Assembly: GCA_902526045.1 (NCBI GenBank) | Contig: CABZJI010000001.1 | Span: 90,482-154,481, forward strand | Source of the DNA: an uncultured SAR86 cluster bacterium | GTDB lineage: Bacteria; Pseudomonadota; Gammaproteobacteria; Magnimaribacterales; AG-339-G14 | Direction of reading: 5' to 3' | DNA: 64,000 nt | In this document: positions 37,333 to 47,301 of the stretch, piece by piece | How the letters are laid out: each line of letters opens with the position of its first letter | How positions within the stretch are numbered: the first letter of the stretch is position 1 | Notes under the pieces: generated by a model | Seen by the model: only the letters and a program-made list of their open reading frames with translations | Database searches by the model: none | Told to the model about the DNA's origin: nothing | Translations under genes and position numbers: made by a program

Positions 37333-38912
37333 TTAACTTCAGGTGGAGTTTCAAAAGTATGATATGGAGCTGGCGATGCAACAGTCCACTCTAATCCTTT
37401 AGCGCCTTCCCATACTTTGGTTGTAGCCTGTTTTCCAGCAAAAATGCTCTTAAGAATGACAAACAAGAAAAGAAGCTGCGTTAAACCAAATATGAATGCA
37501 CCAATGGAAATGACCATATTAAAATCTGCAAATTGAAGCGCGTAATCAGGAATTCTTCTCGGCATGCCTGCTAGTCCAACGAAGTGCATAGGGAAGAAAG
37601 TAATGTTGACGGAGATGAAAGACATCCAAAAGTGGGTCTTACCTAAAACTTCGTCGTACATGTTACCAGTCCACTTCGGTAACCAGTAATAAACACCTGC
37701 GATTATTCCAAAGATAGCTCCTGGAACCAAAACGTAATGGAAATGTGCTACTACAAAATAAGTATCATGATATTGAAAGTCAGCTGGAGCTATTGCAAGC
37801 ATCAGACCTGATAATCCACCAATGGTAAACAGAGCAACAAAAGCTATAGAAAAAAGCATTGGAGTCTCAAAAGATATAGAGCCTTTAAACATTGTCGATA
37901 GCCAGTTAAATACTTTCACTCCTGTAGGAATAGCAATCAGCATAGTTGTATACATGAAGAAAAGTTCTCCGGCTATAGGCATACCAACTGTAAACATGTG
38001 ATGCGCCCAAACAATGAAAGAAAGGAGAGCGATTGATGCTATTGCATACACCATTGACGTGTATCCAAAAATTGGTTTTCTTGAGAAGGTTTCAATGATG
38101 TGCGACACGATCCCAAAAGCAGGAAGAATCATTATGTAAACCTCAGGGTGACCAAAGAACCAAAAAATATGTTGGAATAATACTGGATCTCCTCCACCTG
38201 CGGCGTTGAAGAAACTTGTTCCAAAGTGGATATCCATGAGCATCATGGTCACGGCTCCAGCAAGGACTGGCATTACTGCTATTAGTAAGTAGGCAGTGAT
38301 TAGCCAAGTCCAAGTAAAGAGAGGCATTTTCATAAAAGTCATCCCAGGCGCTCTCATATTTAGAATCGTGGTTATGATATTTATCGATCCCATGATGGAA
38401 GATGCTCCCATAATATGGACTGCAAAAATAAAGAAGGTTACTGTAGGAGGAGCATAAGTAGTAGATAAAGGTGCATAAAACGTCCAACCAAAATTAGGAC
38501 CTCCACCTTCCATGAAAAAAGTGGAAATTAAAATTCCAAAAGCTACCGGGAGAATCCAGAAACTTAAGTTATTCATTCTTGGTAGAGCCATATCTGGGGC
38601 GCCAATTTGCATAGGGATAATCCAATTAGCTAAACCAACGAAAGCTGGCATAACTGCTCCAAAAACCATAATCAAACCATGATTGGTTAACATTTGATTG
38701 TAAAATTCTGGAGATACAATTTGGCTTCCAGGCTCAAATAACTCAGCCCTGATAACCATAGCCATAGCGCCGCCTAAAAATAACATCAAAAAGCTAAACC
38801 ATAAGTAAAGCGTACCGATATCTTTATGGTTAGTAGTGTATAACCATCTGGTTATCCCTTTAGCTGGGCCATGATGATGATCATCTGAATGCGAATCTAT
38901 TACTGCGCTCAT
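37329..38912 (-). CDS. coxA: cytochrome c oxidase subunit I
   Basis: 527 aa. Heme-copper oxidase signatures GGGDPVLFQHIFWFFGHPEVY and HHMF. Confidence 0.97.
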   Translation of the reverse strand: MSAVIDSHSDDHHHGPAKGITRWLYTTNHKDIGTLYLWFSFLMLFLGGAMAMVIRAELFEPGSQIVSPEFYNQMLTNHGLIMVFGAVMPAFVGLANWIIPMQIGAPDMALPRMNNLSFWILPVAFGILISTFFMEGGGPNFGWTFYAPLSTTYAPPTVTFFIFAVHIMGASSIMGSINIITTILNMRAPGMTFMKMPLFTWTWLITAYLLIAVMPVLAGAVTMMLMDIHFGTSFFNAAGGGDPVLFQHIFWFFGHPEVYIMILPAFGIVSHIIETFSRKPIFGYTSMVYAIASIALLSFIVWAHHMFTVGMPIAGELFFMYTTMLIAIPTGVKVFNWLSTMFKGSISFETPMLFSIAFVALFTIGGLSGLMLAIAPADFQYHDTYFVVAHFHYVLVPGAIFGIIAGVYYWLPKWTGNMYDEVLGKTHFWMSFISVNITFFPMHFVGLAGMPRRIPDYALQFADFNMVISIGAFIFGLTQLLFLFVILKSIFAGKQATTKVWEGAKGLEWTVASPAPYHTFETPPEVK

Positions 38913-38926
38913 AATCCTTCCGTATA

Positions 38927-40063
38927 TTAAAGTTTATTATTTTTATAATCCAAAATCTCTTTTGGAATTACGATCTCTCCATCACCGCTTGCATCGTTAC
39001 CCCACGCCTTCCTAGTGTAAGTAATAACTGCTGCAATATCGACTTCGGAAAGTTGTTCGGCGTAAGACTGCATAGCAGCACCTTGAACACCTTCCATTAA
39101 AATTTCTATTTGTTTGGCTTTATCATTTAGCACAAGATCACTTCCTGCTAACGCTGGGAATACAGGTGGCAATCCTTCCCCATTAACTTGATGACAAGCT
39201 ACGCAATTGGTTTGGTAAACGCCTTCCCCAATTTCGTAAAGTTCTTCTGTTGACCAAAGCTTCTCGGTGAGAAGCGCTTGTTGAATTTTTGCTTCTTTCT
39301 TTTCGTTTACCCAAAGATTGTAATCTTCAGGCGAAACTGCTTTTACAACAACTGGCATATACCCATGATATTGTCCACATAATTCAGTACATTGCCCTCT
39401 GAAAATTCCTTCTTCATCTACTTGTGTCCAGGCTGTATTGATAAAACCTGGAATAGCATCTTGCTTAACTGCGAAATCTGGAACCCACCATGAATGAATT
39501 ACATCATTAGCTGTAATTAAAAATCTTATTCTTTTGTTCGTCGGAATTACTAAGGGCTCATCAACTTCTAAGAGATAATTATCTGACTTAGGGGCAATGT
39601 TGTTTCTTTGATCTAGGTCAGTTAATAGATTGCTGAAGAAACTTACTTCGTCTTCAAGATACTCATACTGCCACTTCCATTGATGCCCGGTGATTAGTAT
39701 GTTGATATCTCCTTCTGCATCATCGTAGGCGCGAATCATGGTAAAAGTTGCTGGAACAGCCATAACCGTCAAAATAACCGCAAATAAAACCGTCCATGTC
39801 ATCTCTAGAACTGGATGATCGTCAAACTGAGCTGGTTTATCGCCCTCTTTTTTTCTAAAAGCTACTATGAGATAAACCATAAAGCCAAGAACTAATACTC
39901 CAATGACCACACATATCCAGAAAATAGTCATGTGAAGATCAAAAATTTCTCTGCTGAGGGCATTAACACCTGGAGTCATATTAACGTCTCCCCAGCCAGC
40001 AAAAAGTGGAAGGGATACGCAACAGGTAGTCAATGCCGCAAAAATTCTTTTAATTAATCTCAT
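38927..40063 (-). CDS. coxB: cytochrome c oxidase subunit II with fused C-terminal cytochrome c domain
   Basis: 378 aa. CuA site HSWWVP..CTELCGQYHGYM and a C-terminal CVACH heme-c motif. Confidence 0.93.
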   Translation of the reverse strand: MRLIKRIFAALTTCCVSLPLFAGWGDVNMTPGVNALSREIFDLHMTIFWICVVIGVLVLGFMVYLIVAFRKKEGDKPAQFDDHPVLEMTWTVLFAVILTVMAVPATFTMIRAYDDAEGDINILITGHQWKWQYEYLEDEVSFFSNLLTDLDQRNNIAPKSDNYLLEVDEPLVIPTNKRIRFLITANDVIHSWWVPDFAVKQDAIPGFINTAWTQVDEEGIFRGQCTELCGQYHGYMPVVVKAVSPEDYNLWVNEKKEAKIQQALLTEKLWSTEELYEIGEGVYQTNCVACHQVNGEGLPPVFPALAGSDLVLNDKAKQIEILMEGVQGAAMQSYAEQLSEVDIAAVITYTRKAWGNDASGDGEIVIPKEILDYKNNKL

Positions 40064-40119
40064 TTAATAATCTTTCATCAGGCAGGCAGCGTAATTTTAC
40101 TTGAAAAGTTTGTGGAAAA

Positions 40120-40956
40120 CTAACGCAAAGCCAATAAATTATTGGTCTTTGGAAGTTTTCCTGTCCATGTTTCGAACGAAGCAGCTCCTTGCTCAACGAG
40201 CATTCCCCATCCATCTGAGACCGATTGAGCTCCGTTATTTTCAGCGTCAATCATAAATTGGGTATCGGCCTGAGAGTAAGCTAAATCATAGGCTAGAGCG
40301 CAATTAGCATATAAAGAAGGATCTATAGGTAGGCTCTCATTTTCGAGTGTGGACATTGAAGTAGCATTAATAATCAAGTCAAAAGAGTGAAATTCATCTT
40401 GAATTGAATTAAAACTCGATGCTATAAGATTAGAATTTTTCCCTGAAGACTGTCTGTATAAGGATAAATCCTTAATAAGCTCTTGGGCTTTCTCAAGAGT
40501 TCTATTCGCTATGCAAATGGTTTTCGGATTGAGATCCTGCAATCCAAAGGCAGCTCCTTTGGCTGCTCCTCCTGCTCCAAGGATTAAAATCTCCTTGCCG
40601 TAAAGATTAAATCCTAAATTTTGACTAATATCCTTTGCTAAGCCTATGCAGTCTGTATTATCACCAATAATGAGATCGCCCTTTTTATACAGGTTATTTG
40701 AAGCACCTATCATTTGAGCTTTAGCCGAAGAATCATTGGAAAGTTTCAATGCTAATTTCTTAAAAGGCAGTGTCACGCTTAAACCGACGCTAGATTTAAA
40801 AAAATCCTTCACAAAATTTTCAAAGTCTTCCTCGTCAACTAAATATTTTCCAAACGAAATTTTAATTTTTTGCTGATCAGCAAAGTGATGATGAATTTCT
40901 GGCGATCTACTATGTTGAATGGGATTACCAACTACTCCAAGTTTTAAACTCTTCAT
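40120..40956 (-). CDS. aroE: shikimate dehydrogenase
   Basis: 278 aa. GNPIQHSRSP, SVTLPFK, NTD and GAGGAAKG motifs. Confidence 0.9.
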   Translation of the reverse strand: MKSLKLGVVGNPIQHSRSPEIHHHFADQQKIKISFGKYLVDEEDFENFVKDFFKSSVGLSVTLPFKKLALKLSNDSSAKAQMIGASNNLYKKGDLIIGDNTDCIGLAKDISQNLGFNLYGKEILILGAGGAAKGAAFGLQDLNPKTICIANRTLEKAQELIKDLSLYRQSSGKNSNLIASSFNSIQDEFHSFDLIINATSMSTLENESLPIDPSLYANCALAYDLAYSQADTQFMIDAENNGAQSVSDGWGMLVEQGAASFETWTGKLPKTNNLLALR

Positions 40957-41456
40957 TTTCTAATCCACTCTCCAGTTTCTAAATTTTGAATTGGAGTCGC
41001 GCCTCCAAAATCTCCAACCTCTCCGTTAACAACCATTACCTCATTTCCAAAAATCTTTTTAACCTCGTCTGCTGACATCGCAGGGGGATCGTTTGAGATA
41101 TTTGCTGATGTGCTAGTAAGCACGTTTCCAATTTTCAATGTTAGCTTTATCACTTCTGGATGAGAACTGTGACGGAGGGCAACTAGATCAGAATTTCCCT
41201 TAATCCATTCCGGAACATTTTCATTTGCTTGGACTAGCCAGGTATGAGGACCAGGCCATGGCCTTCTAAGTTTTTCTATATCTTGCTTATCAAGATGATT
41301 TATATATTTTTCAAAATGCTCAAAAACTCCGCTTATTAAAATCAAACCTTTGTCTATAGATCTTTTTTTTAAATCACAAAGTTTATAAACATCTGTTTTT
41401 GAGTCGGGGTCACACCCTAGCCCATAAACTCCTTCACACGGATAGGCATAGATCAT
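40953..41456 (-). CDS. tsaC: L-threonylcarbamoyladenylate synthase TsaC (YrdC family), N-terminally short
   Basis: 167 aa. VYGLGCDP, KGLILI, WPGPHTW and TSTSAN motifs. Only 13 nt separate it from the purE stop, so no longer N-terminus is available. Confidence 0.85.
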   Translation of the reverse strand: MIYAYPCEGVYGLGCDPDSKTDVYKLCDLKKRSIDKGLILISGVFEHFEKYINHLDKQDIEKLRRPWPGPHTWLVQANENVPEWIKGNSDLVALRHSSHPEVIKLTLKIGNVLTSTSANISNDPPAMSADEVKKIFGNEVMVVNGEVGDFGGATPIQNLETGEWIRK

Positions 41457-41469
41457 TTTGAATTCGGCT

Positions 41470-41946
41470 TTATAGATCTTCCAATAAGATTCTTTTTTGT
41501 TCTTCCCTTTGATCGGCTATTTTTTTAGCCAGGTCATCGTCGCCTGTAGCAAGCATTTGAGCGGCTAAGTGACCCGCGTTTACAGCCCCCGCCTTTCCGA
41601 TGGCTACGGTTGCAACCGGAACACCTCTTGGCATTTGAACGGTTGAAAAAAGTGCATCCAAACCATTTAATGGACCGCCATCTCCTGGGATTCCTATAAC
41701 AGGCAAGGTCGTATGAGCAGCAATATTTCCTGATAAATGTGCTGCCAAGCCAGCAATTCCAACGAAAACTTTGGTGCCATCGTTGATGGTAGTTTCAATA
41801 AATTCCTTAAGAGCCTCTGGCGTTCTATGGGCGCTCAATACTTTTATCACCGAGCCAATTCCGTAACCATCTAGAACTTCTTTAGTTGCTTCTCCCAAAG
41901 CCATGTCAGACTTGGATCCCATCACAATTGCTACGCTATTAGTCAT
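41470..41946 (-). CDS. purE: N5-carboxyaminoimidazole ribonucleotide mutase
   Basis: 158 aa. IVMGSKSD, SAHRTP and GAGGAAHLPG-like (AGLAAHLSG) motifs. Confidence 0.92.
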   Translation of the reverse strand: MTNSVAIVMGSKSDMALGEATKEVLDGYGIGSVIKVLSAHRTPEALKEFIETTINDGTKVFVGIAGLAAHLSGNIAAHTTLPVIGIPGDGGPLNGLDALFSTVQMPRGVPVATVAIGKAGAVNAGHLAAQMLATGDDDLAKKIADQREEQKRILLEDL

Positions 41947-42012
41947 AATTTCTCAAATATTTATTTTTTGTTCATTACCCACATATAATATATGCAAAGT
42001 AAATTTATAAAA

Positions 42013-42528
42013 ATGAAATTATTAAAGATTTTAGAATTTCCTGATCCAAGGCTGAGGACAAAAGCAAAACCTGTTGAGAAAGTTACTGATGTCCATAAAG
42101 AATTGATCGATGACATGATTCACACTATGTACGAAAGCAAGGGCATTGGTCTTGCTGCCACACAAGTAGATTTTCATGAAAGGATCTTGGTTATCGACAT
42201 AAGCGAAGAAAGGAATGATCCTCAAGTATTTATTAATCCCGAGATAGAAATTCTCAATAAAGATGAAAAGTCTGGTTATGAGGAAGGTTGCTTATCTGTT
42301 CCAGGTTTTTATGAAGAAATAATTAGGCCTGAAAAAATTAAGGTGACATTTTTGGATAAGGATGGAAAGAAACAAACCCTTAAACCAGAGGGTTTATTGG
42401 CTGTTGTTATCCAGCATGAAATGGATCATTTAGAGGGAATTCTCATGGTCGACTACATTTCAAATATCAAAAGACAAAGAATAAAACAAAAGCTCCAAAA
42501 GTCTGCTAAAGAAAAAATAGCTTCGTGA
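42013..42528 (+). CDS. def: peptide deformylase
   Basis: [17 protein letters not shown] and QHEMDHL motifs. I prefer the start at 42013 ([14 protein letters not shown]) over 41992. Confidence 0.93.
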   Translation: MKLLKILEFPDPRLRTKAKPVEKVTDVHKELIDDMIHTMYESKGIGLAATQVDFHERILVIDISEERNDPQVFINPEIEILNKDEKSGYEEGCLSVPGFYEEIIRPEKIKVTFLDKDGKKQTLKPEGLLAVVIQHEMDHLEGILMVDYISNIKRQRIKQKLQKSAKEKIAS

Positions 42529-42531
42529 TAA

Positions 42532-43467
42532 ATGAAAATAGCTTTTGCTGGAACTCCAGAAATTGCATCTACAATTCTGCAATCAATTATTGATAAAAAA
42601 GATCATCAAGTTGTATGCGTAATAACTTCAGTTGATAAGCCAGCGGGCAGAGGCAGAAAATTAAAGCCTTCACCTGTAAAAAAAATTGCATTAGAAAATA
42701 GCTTAACGCTAATGCAGCCAGATTCTCCCAAGAATCAAGAATTTATTCATGAATTTAAAAAGTATCAATCCGATATTCTTATAGTGATGGCTTATGGTCA
42801 TATTTTGACGGAAGAATTGTTAGAAACGCCCAACTATGGAAGCGTAAACATTCACGCATCTCTTTTGCCAAAATATAGAGGAGCAGCTCCAATACAAAGA
42901 GCTATTTTGAACGGCGACAAAAAAAGTGGGCTTACTTTCATGAAAATGACGAAAGGACTTGATTCAGGGCCTATGTCTAAAAGATTTGAAATCAATATTG
43001 ATGAAGATGATACGTCTGCTGATTTAACAAAAAAGATGGCTTCTTTAGCTGCAAAAGAAATTAATCAATTCTGCTCTGATTGGCCAAATCTCATCGATAG
43101 TTTAGAGGAGCAAAAAGAAACTGACGCAACTTATTGTCCAAAGATTACTAGAAAAGATGCTTTGATTGATTGGTCTGGTGAGGCCAAGAGAATAAGTAAA
43201 GCTATAAATGCAATGTACCCTAACCCAATAGTATCTATCGATGTTAACGGTATTGAGGTAAATCTTTGTAAATCAAAAGTAAATAAAAGTTTGATTGGCG
43301 ATCCAGGAGAAATTATTGAGTTTAATAAAAATATCCTTGCAATTGGTTGTGGGGATTTTTCAGTAGAAGTTACAGAGCTATGTAGAACAGGAAAAAAGAA
43401 GCTATCTGTTAAAGATTTTTATAACGGAGCTCAAAAACTTTTAAAGAAAGGCGATATTATTTCTTGA
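42532..43467 (+). CDS. fmt: methionyl-tRNA formyltransferase
   Basis: 311 aa. MKIAFAGTPE, NIHASLLPKYRGAAPIQRAI. Confidence 0.93.
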   Translation: MKIAFAGTPEIASTILQSIIDKKDHQVVCVITSVDKPAGRGRKLKPSPVKKIALENSLTLMQPDSPKNQEFIHEFKKYQSDILIVMAYGHILTEELLETPNYGSVNIHASLLPKYRGAAPIQRAILNGDKKSGLTFMKMTKGLDSGPMSKRFEINIDEDDTSADLTKKMASLAAKEINQFCSDWPNLIDSLEEQKETDATYCPKITRKDALIDWSGEAKRISKAINAMYPNPIVSIDVNGIEVNLCKSKVNKSLIGDPGEIIEFNKNILAIGCGDFSVEVTELCRTGKKKLSVKDFYNGAQKLLKKGDIIS

Positions 43468-43515
43468 ATATTAGGTGTATAAAGACCATTGAAGTTTTAG
43501 TTACTAAGAAATAAA

Positions 43516-44874
43516 TTGGAAATCTTAATTCTCGGAGCTGGCCAAGTAGGCACAGAGTTATCTGAGCTCCTAACAAATGATGGTCACAACATCACAATCA
43601 TCGATACAGAAGCTGATCGACTTCAAAAAGCCTCCTCTCATATAGACTTAAAAACCGTGGAGGGTAATGCATCTTACCCCAAGGTTCTAGAGCAAGCTGA
43701 CATAAAAAACATAGATGTTGCTGTTGCAATGATGGAATCTGATGAAGTAAATATAATTGCTTGCCAAATGATTAAGCTTCTCAATGAGAAAACAAAGACC
43801 ATGGCGAGAATAAGAACTTATGAATACCTAAAAGGAAAAGGTAAAGATATAGTAAAGGGCGAACAAGGGATTGACGTAATAGTTAGTCCAGAAGAATTGA
43901 TAACCGCTCAAATATGCAGGCTGATCGAAAATCCTGGTGCTACACAAATTATGGATTTTGCTAATGGTAAAGTCTCAATGGTTTCAGTAAAGGCCAAGGA
44001 AGGAGCTCCAATTACAGGTCATAAAGTTGCTGAGCTTAGACAACATATTCCTAAAGTTGATATTAGAATTGCAGCAATCTATAGAGAGGACAAAGTTTTA
44101 GCTCCCAAAGGAGATGACGTAGTTGAAACAGGAGATGAGGTTTTTTTCATAACAGAATCAAGAGACATAAAAAAGGTGATTTCCGAGCTTCGTATGAAAG
44201 AAATGGCCTCGAAAACAATCATGGTTGCTGGGGGAGGCAGAATTGGAAGAAGACTTGCCGAGTCTCTAGAAGGCAAATTTGATCTTAAGATAATTGAACT
44301 TAATAAAGATAGATGTGTATATTTATCTGAAAAGTTAGACTCCTCTTTGATATTGAACGGTGATTCATCTGATAGCGCACTCCTCGAAGAAGAAAATATA
44401 GAGAAAACTGATTTCTTTTGCTCTGTAACTAATGATGATGAGGCTAATGTAATGTCCTCTATGTTGGCAAAAAAAATGGGCGCTAAAAAGTCACTATCTT
44501 TAGTGAATAAAAATGCTTACTTAGATTTAATATCCAAAGATCAGATAGACATCACCATAAATCCCTCAGAAATTACTATCGGGTCAATTTTAGAAAATCT
44601 TTCCGATGAAACTCAATTAAAAACATATTCATTCAAAAGAAAGGGTGAGGCAGTAGAATTAATAGCTACTTCAAGTAATGGCTACCCAGGGGTTGTAGGC
44701 AAGCAAATTGATGAGATAGAACTTCCCATAGGCTGCGTAATTGGAGCTATTTTCTCTGAAAATGCCATTAAAATCGCTCATCATGACACTAAAGTAAATG
44801 AAAATGATCATTTGATCACTTTTATCGCTGACAAAAGGAATCTTGAAGAAGTAACAGATATAATTTGTTCATAA
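43516..44874 (+). CDS. trkA: Trk potassium uptake system NAD-binding protein
   Basis: 452 aa. Two RCK-N domains (ILGAGQVG.., VAGGGRIG). The TTG start is obligatory because the GxGxxG motif begins at residue 6. Confidence 0.9.
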   Translation: MEILILGAGQVGTELSELLTNDGHNITIIDTEADRLQKASSHIDLKTVEGNASYPKVLEQADIKNIDVAVAMMESDEVNIIACQMIKLLNEKTKTMARIRTYEYLKGKGKDIVKGEQGIDVIVSPEELITAQICRLIENPGATQIMDFANGKVSMVSVKAKEGAPITGHKVAELRQHIPKVDIRIAAIYREDKVLAPKGDDVVETGDEVFFITESRDIKKVISELRMKEMASKTIMVAGGGRIGRRLAESLEGKFDLKIIELNKDRCVYLSEKLDSSLILNGDSSDSALLEEENIEKTDFFCSVTNDDEANVMSSMLAKKMGAKKSLSLVNKNAYLDLISKDQIDITINPSEITIGSILENLSDETQLKTYSFKRKGEAVELIATSSNGYPGVVGKQIDEIELPIGCVIGAIFSENAIKIAHHDTKVNENDHLITFIADKRNLEEVTDIICS

Positions 44875-44884
44875 ATAGAATTTA

Positions 44885-46336
44885 ATGAAAGTTAGACCCA
44901 TTTTGAACCTTTTAGGCATAGGTTTAGTGTATTTTTCGTTTTTTCAGCTACTGCCAATAGTAATTTCCTTAATATACGAGGAAAATAATTTTACTGATTA
45001 TTCTGGAGCTTTTTTTATAACTCTCATCACTGGAATAGCGTTTTGGGTAGCTACTTACAAAGAAAAGCAAGACACAATTAGAATTAAAGAGGGATTCATA
45101 CTAACTGTTGCTTTTTGGGTCTTATTTACAGTTTTTGCGTCTTTACCTTTTCTTTTGAGTTCAACGCATAATTTCTCTATTGTAGATGCTTATTTTGAGA
45201 CAACATCAGCCCTCACGACTACAGGATCTACTGTATTAGTTGGCCTTGAGGCATATAGTAAGTCCTTACTATTCTATAGAGCCCTTTTACAATGGCTTGG
45301 TGGAATGGGGATAATTGTATTAGCAGTAGCAATCTTTCCATTACTGGGAGTTGGAGGTATGCAACTATACAAAAACGAAGGTTCTGGAGTTATGGGAGAC
45401 AACAAATTAAGACCAAAAATAGCAGAAACAGCCAAATCTTTATGGTTTATTTACCTAATATTGACCCTAAGCTGTTGTTTTTGTTACTTTTTTTCAGGTA
45501 TGAGCCTTTTTGATGCTGTGACTCACTCATTTACAACTGTCGCCATAGGAGGATTTTCAAATTATGACGAAAGTTTTGCTTATTTTGATAGCAACGCAAT
45601 TTATTTGGTTTGTATAACATTTATGTTTCTTTCTGGGGCTAATTTTTCCCTGCATTTCCTTGCATACACAAAATTAAATCCTATGTTCTACTTTAAGGAT
45701 TCAGAATTTAAGTTTTATGGCACCATTATTATCTCTGCTTTTTTAGTAATAACTGCTGCGATGGTCTATTACGGATTTACAAACGATTTTGATTTGATTG
45801 TTACGACTGCTTTTCAAACGGTATCTTTTGCAACCACTACGGGTTATGTGAATTCAGATTACTTTCTATGGCCTTCTTTTATTCCTTTCCTACTTTTAAT
45901 GCTGGGAGTAATAGGGGCTTGCGCTGGTTCAACTGGAGGCGGTATAAAAATGATCAGGGTTTTAGTTCTCTACAAACAGGGTGGTAGAGAGCTTAAAAAA
46001 TTAACTCATCCACAATCGGTCGTTCCAGTAAAAATTGGTGGAAAAATTCTTCAACCAGAAATAGCAGAATCGGTTTGGGGTTTCTTTTCAGTTTACATAT
46101 TGGCTTATGTTTTTCTTACAACCTTGATGCTCTTATACGGTTCAGATTTTATTACTGCGTTTTCTGCGGTTGGAGCGTCTATAAATAATCTTGGACCCGG
46201 ACTAGGGGACGTTTCTCAGAACTATAACTCTTTGAATGATATATCTAAAATAACTTTATCGTTTGCTATGATTTTGGGAAGATTAGAAATTTATACTCTC
46301 CTTGTATTAATGACACCTTTCTTTTGGAAAAGCTAA
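44885..46336 (+). CDS. trkH: TrkH-family potassium transporter
   Basis: 483 aa, polytopic. Repeated selectivity-filter-like TTTG/GGFS/TTGY/GPGL segments. Confidence 0.9.
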   Translation: MKVRPILNLLGIGLVYFSFFQLLPIVISLIYEENNFTDYSGAFFITLITGIAFWVATYKEKQDTIRIKEGFILTVAFWVLFTVFASLPFLLSSTHNFSIVDAYFETTSALTTTGSTVLVGLEAYSKSLLFYRALLQWLGGMGIIVLAVAIFPLLGVGGMQLYKNEGSGVMGDNKLRPKIAETAKSLWFIYLILTLSCCFCYFFSGMSLFDAVTHSFTTVAIGGFSNYDESFAYFDSNAIYLVCITFMFLSGANFSLHFLAYTKLNPMFYFKDSEFKFYGTIIISAFLVITAAMVYYGFTNDFDLIVTTAFQTVSFATTTGYVNSDYFLWPSFIPFLLLMLGVIGACAGSTGGGIKMIRVLVLYKQGGRELKKLTHPQSVVPVKIGGKILQPEIAESVWGFFSVYILAYVFLTTLMLLYGSDFITAFSAVGASINNLGPGLGDVSQNYNSLNDISKITLSFAMILGRLEIYTLLVLMTPFFWKS

Positions 46337-46354
46337 GTAAGTACTTACTATCAT

Positions 46355-47218
46355 TTAAACGTAATCAATATATCCTTTAAACCTTTTATATTCCCAGGCA
46401 TATTGTTCAGGGGAAATAAGAATGTCTTCTTCCAAAACTTTATTCATAGACTCTAGAGACTTGGTTACATCATCAGAAAAAAAGCTCTCCCCTACCTCTC
46501 TTACATTGATTTGATATCCATCTTTGCCAAGTGTACAACTGCAATAAATAACATTACAGTCAGTCCTTTTAGCGATGTTTGAAATTAAAGAATTAGTGAA
46601 GCAAGCATTGCCAAAAAAATCAGCTGTATGTCGATTTTTGTTTTTCGGGACCTGATCAACTGCCATTGCTATCGTTCCTTTATTGTTGATATGTTCTAGC
46701 AAAAGTTTAGTGTTTTTAAAACCTATACCAACCATCTTTGCTCCGTAATTTTGTCTTCCACTTTTTACAAGATCATTAACAGTTTTATTTTTTACTTTTG
46801 TGAACGGAATAATAAGATTTTCTGCTTTATGTGCCATCCATGAAATTAATAATTCCATATTACCAATATGACTAGAAATAATTATCAGGCCTTTATCTTC
46901 GCCTAATAATGAATTAAATTTACTTTCATTATTAACTCTAGAGATCAGAGGGTGAATTTTTCCAGAGAACTCTCTTGAATTTGACCAAACATAAATAGCT
47001 TCCATTAAAGATAAAGATGTTTGCCTAACGCTGTTTTTTGATAAATCCTCAATTTCTTTTTTTGTTTTGCTTTTAAAAACATGTTTAAGATTAGTTGAGC
47101 TAGTTTTAAGGCTTTTAGAGTTAGAAAAAACCATCAAAAAGCCCAAAAAAGAACCCAAAACTTGAAAAGCTCTAAAAGGGGCAATTTTAGCCAAAAAAAA
47201 CAGTATTTTTATGAACAT
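46355..47218 (-). CDS. lipid A biosynthesis (Kdo)2-lipid IVA acyltransferase family (LpxL/HtrB-like)
   Basis: 287 aa. N-terminal anchor, HIGNMEL (H-x4-E variant of HX4D) and overall LpxL-family layout. Confidence 0.7.
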   Translation of the reverse strand: MFIKILFFLAKIAPFRAFQVLGSFLGFLMVFSNSKSLKTSSTNLKHVFKSKTKKEIEDLSKNSVRQTSLSLMEAIYVWSNSREFSGKIHPLISRVNNESKFNSLLGEDKGLIIISSHIGNMELLISWMAHKAENLIIPFTKVKNKTVNDLVKSGRQNYGAKMVGIGFKNTKLLLEHINNKGTIAMAVDQVPKNKNRHTADFFGNACFTNSLISNIAKRTDCNVIYCSCTLGKDGYQINVREVGESFFSDDVTKSLESMNKVLEEDILISPEQYAWEYKRFKGYIDYV

Positions 47219-47301
47219 TTCAGTCCATTATATTCAACATTCTAGTAGAATCAGTAAGAAATAAGCCAATTTTATTGAATCTAATCCAAATCATCTTATA
47301 A

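Noticed and set aside
38143-38487. 114-aa ORF in another frame within coxA, and similar internal ORFs in coxC (35993-36193) and the cox11/coxA junction (37121-37336).
   Set aside because: They are nested in highly conserved oxidase genes and show no independent signals.
40050-40250. 66-aa minus-strand ORF bridging the coxB start and the aroE end.
   Set aside because: It overlaps the 3' end of aroE in another frame and the coxB upstream region, and it has no motifs.
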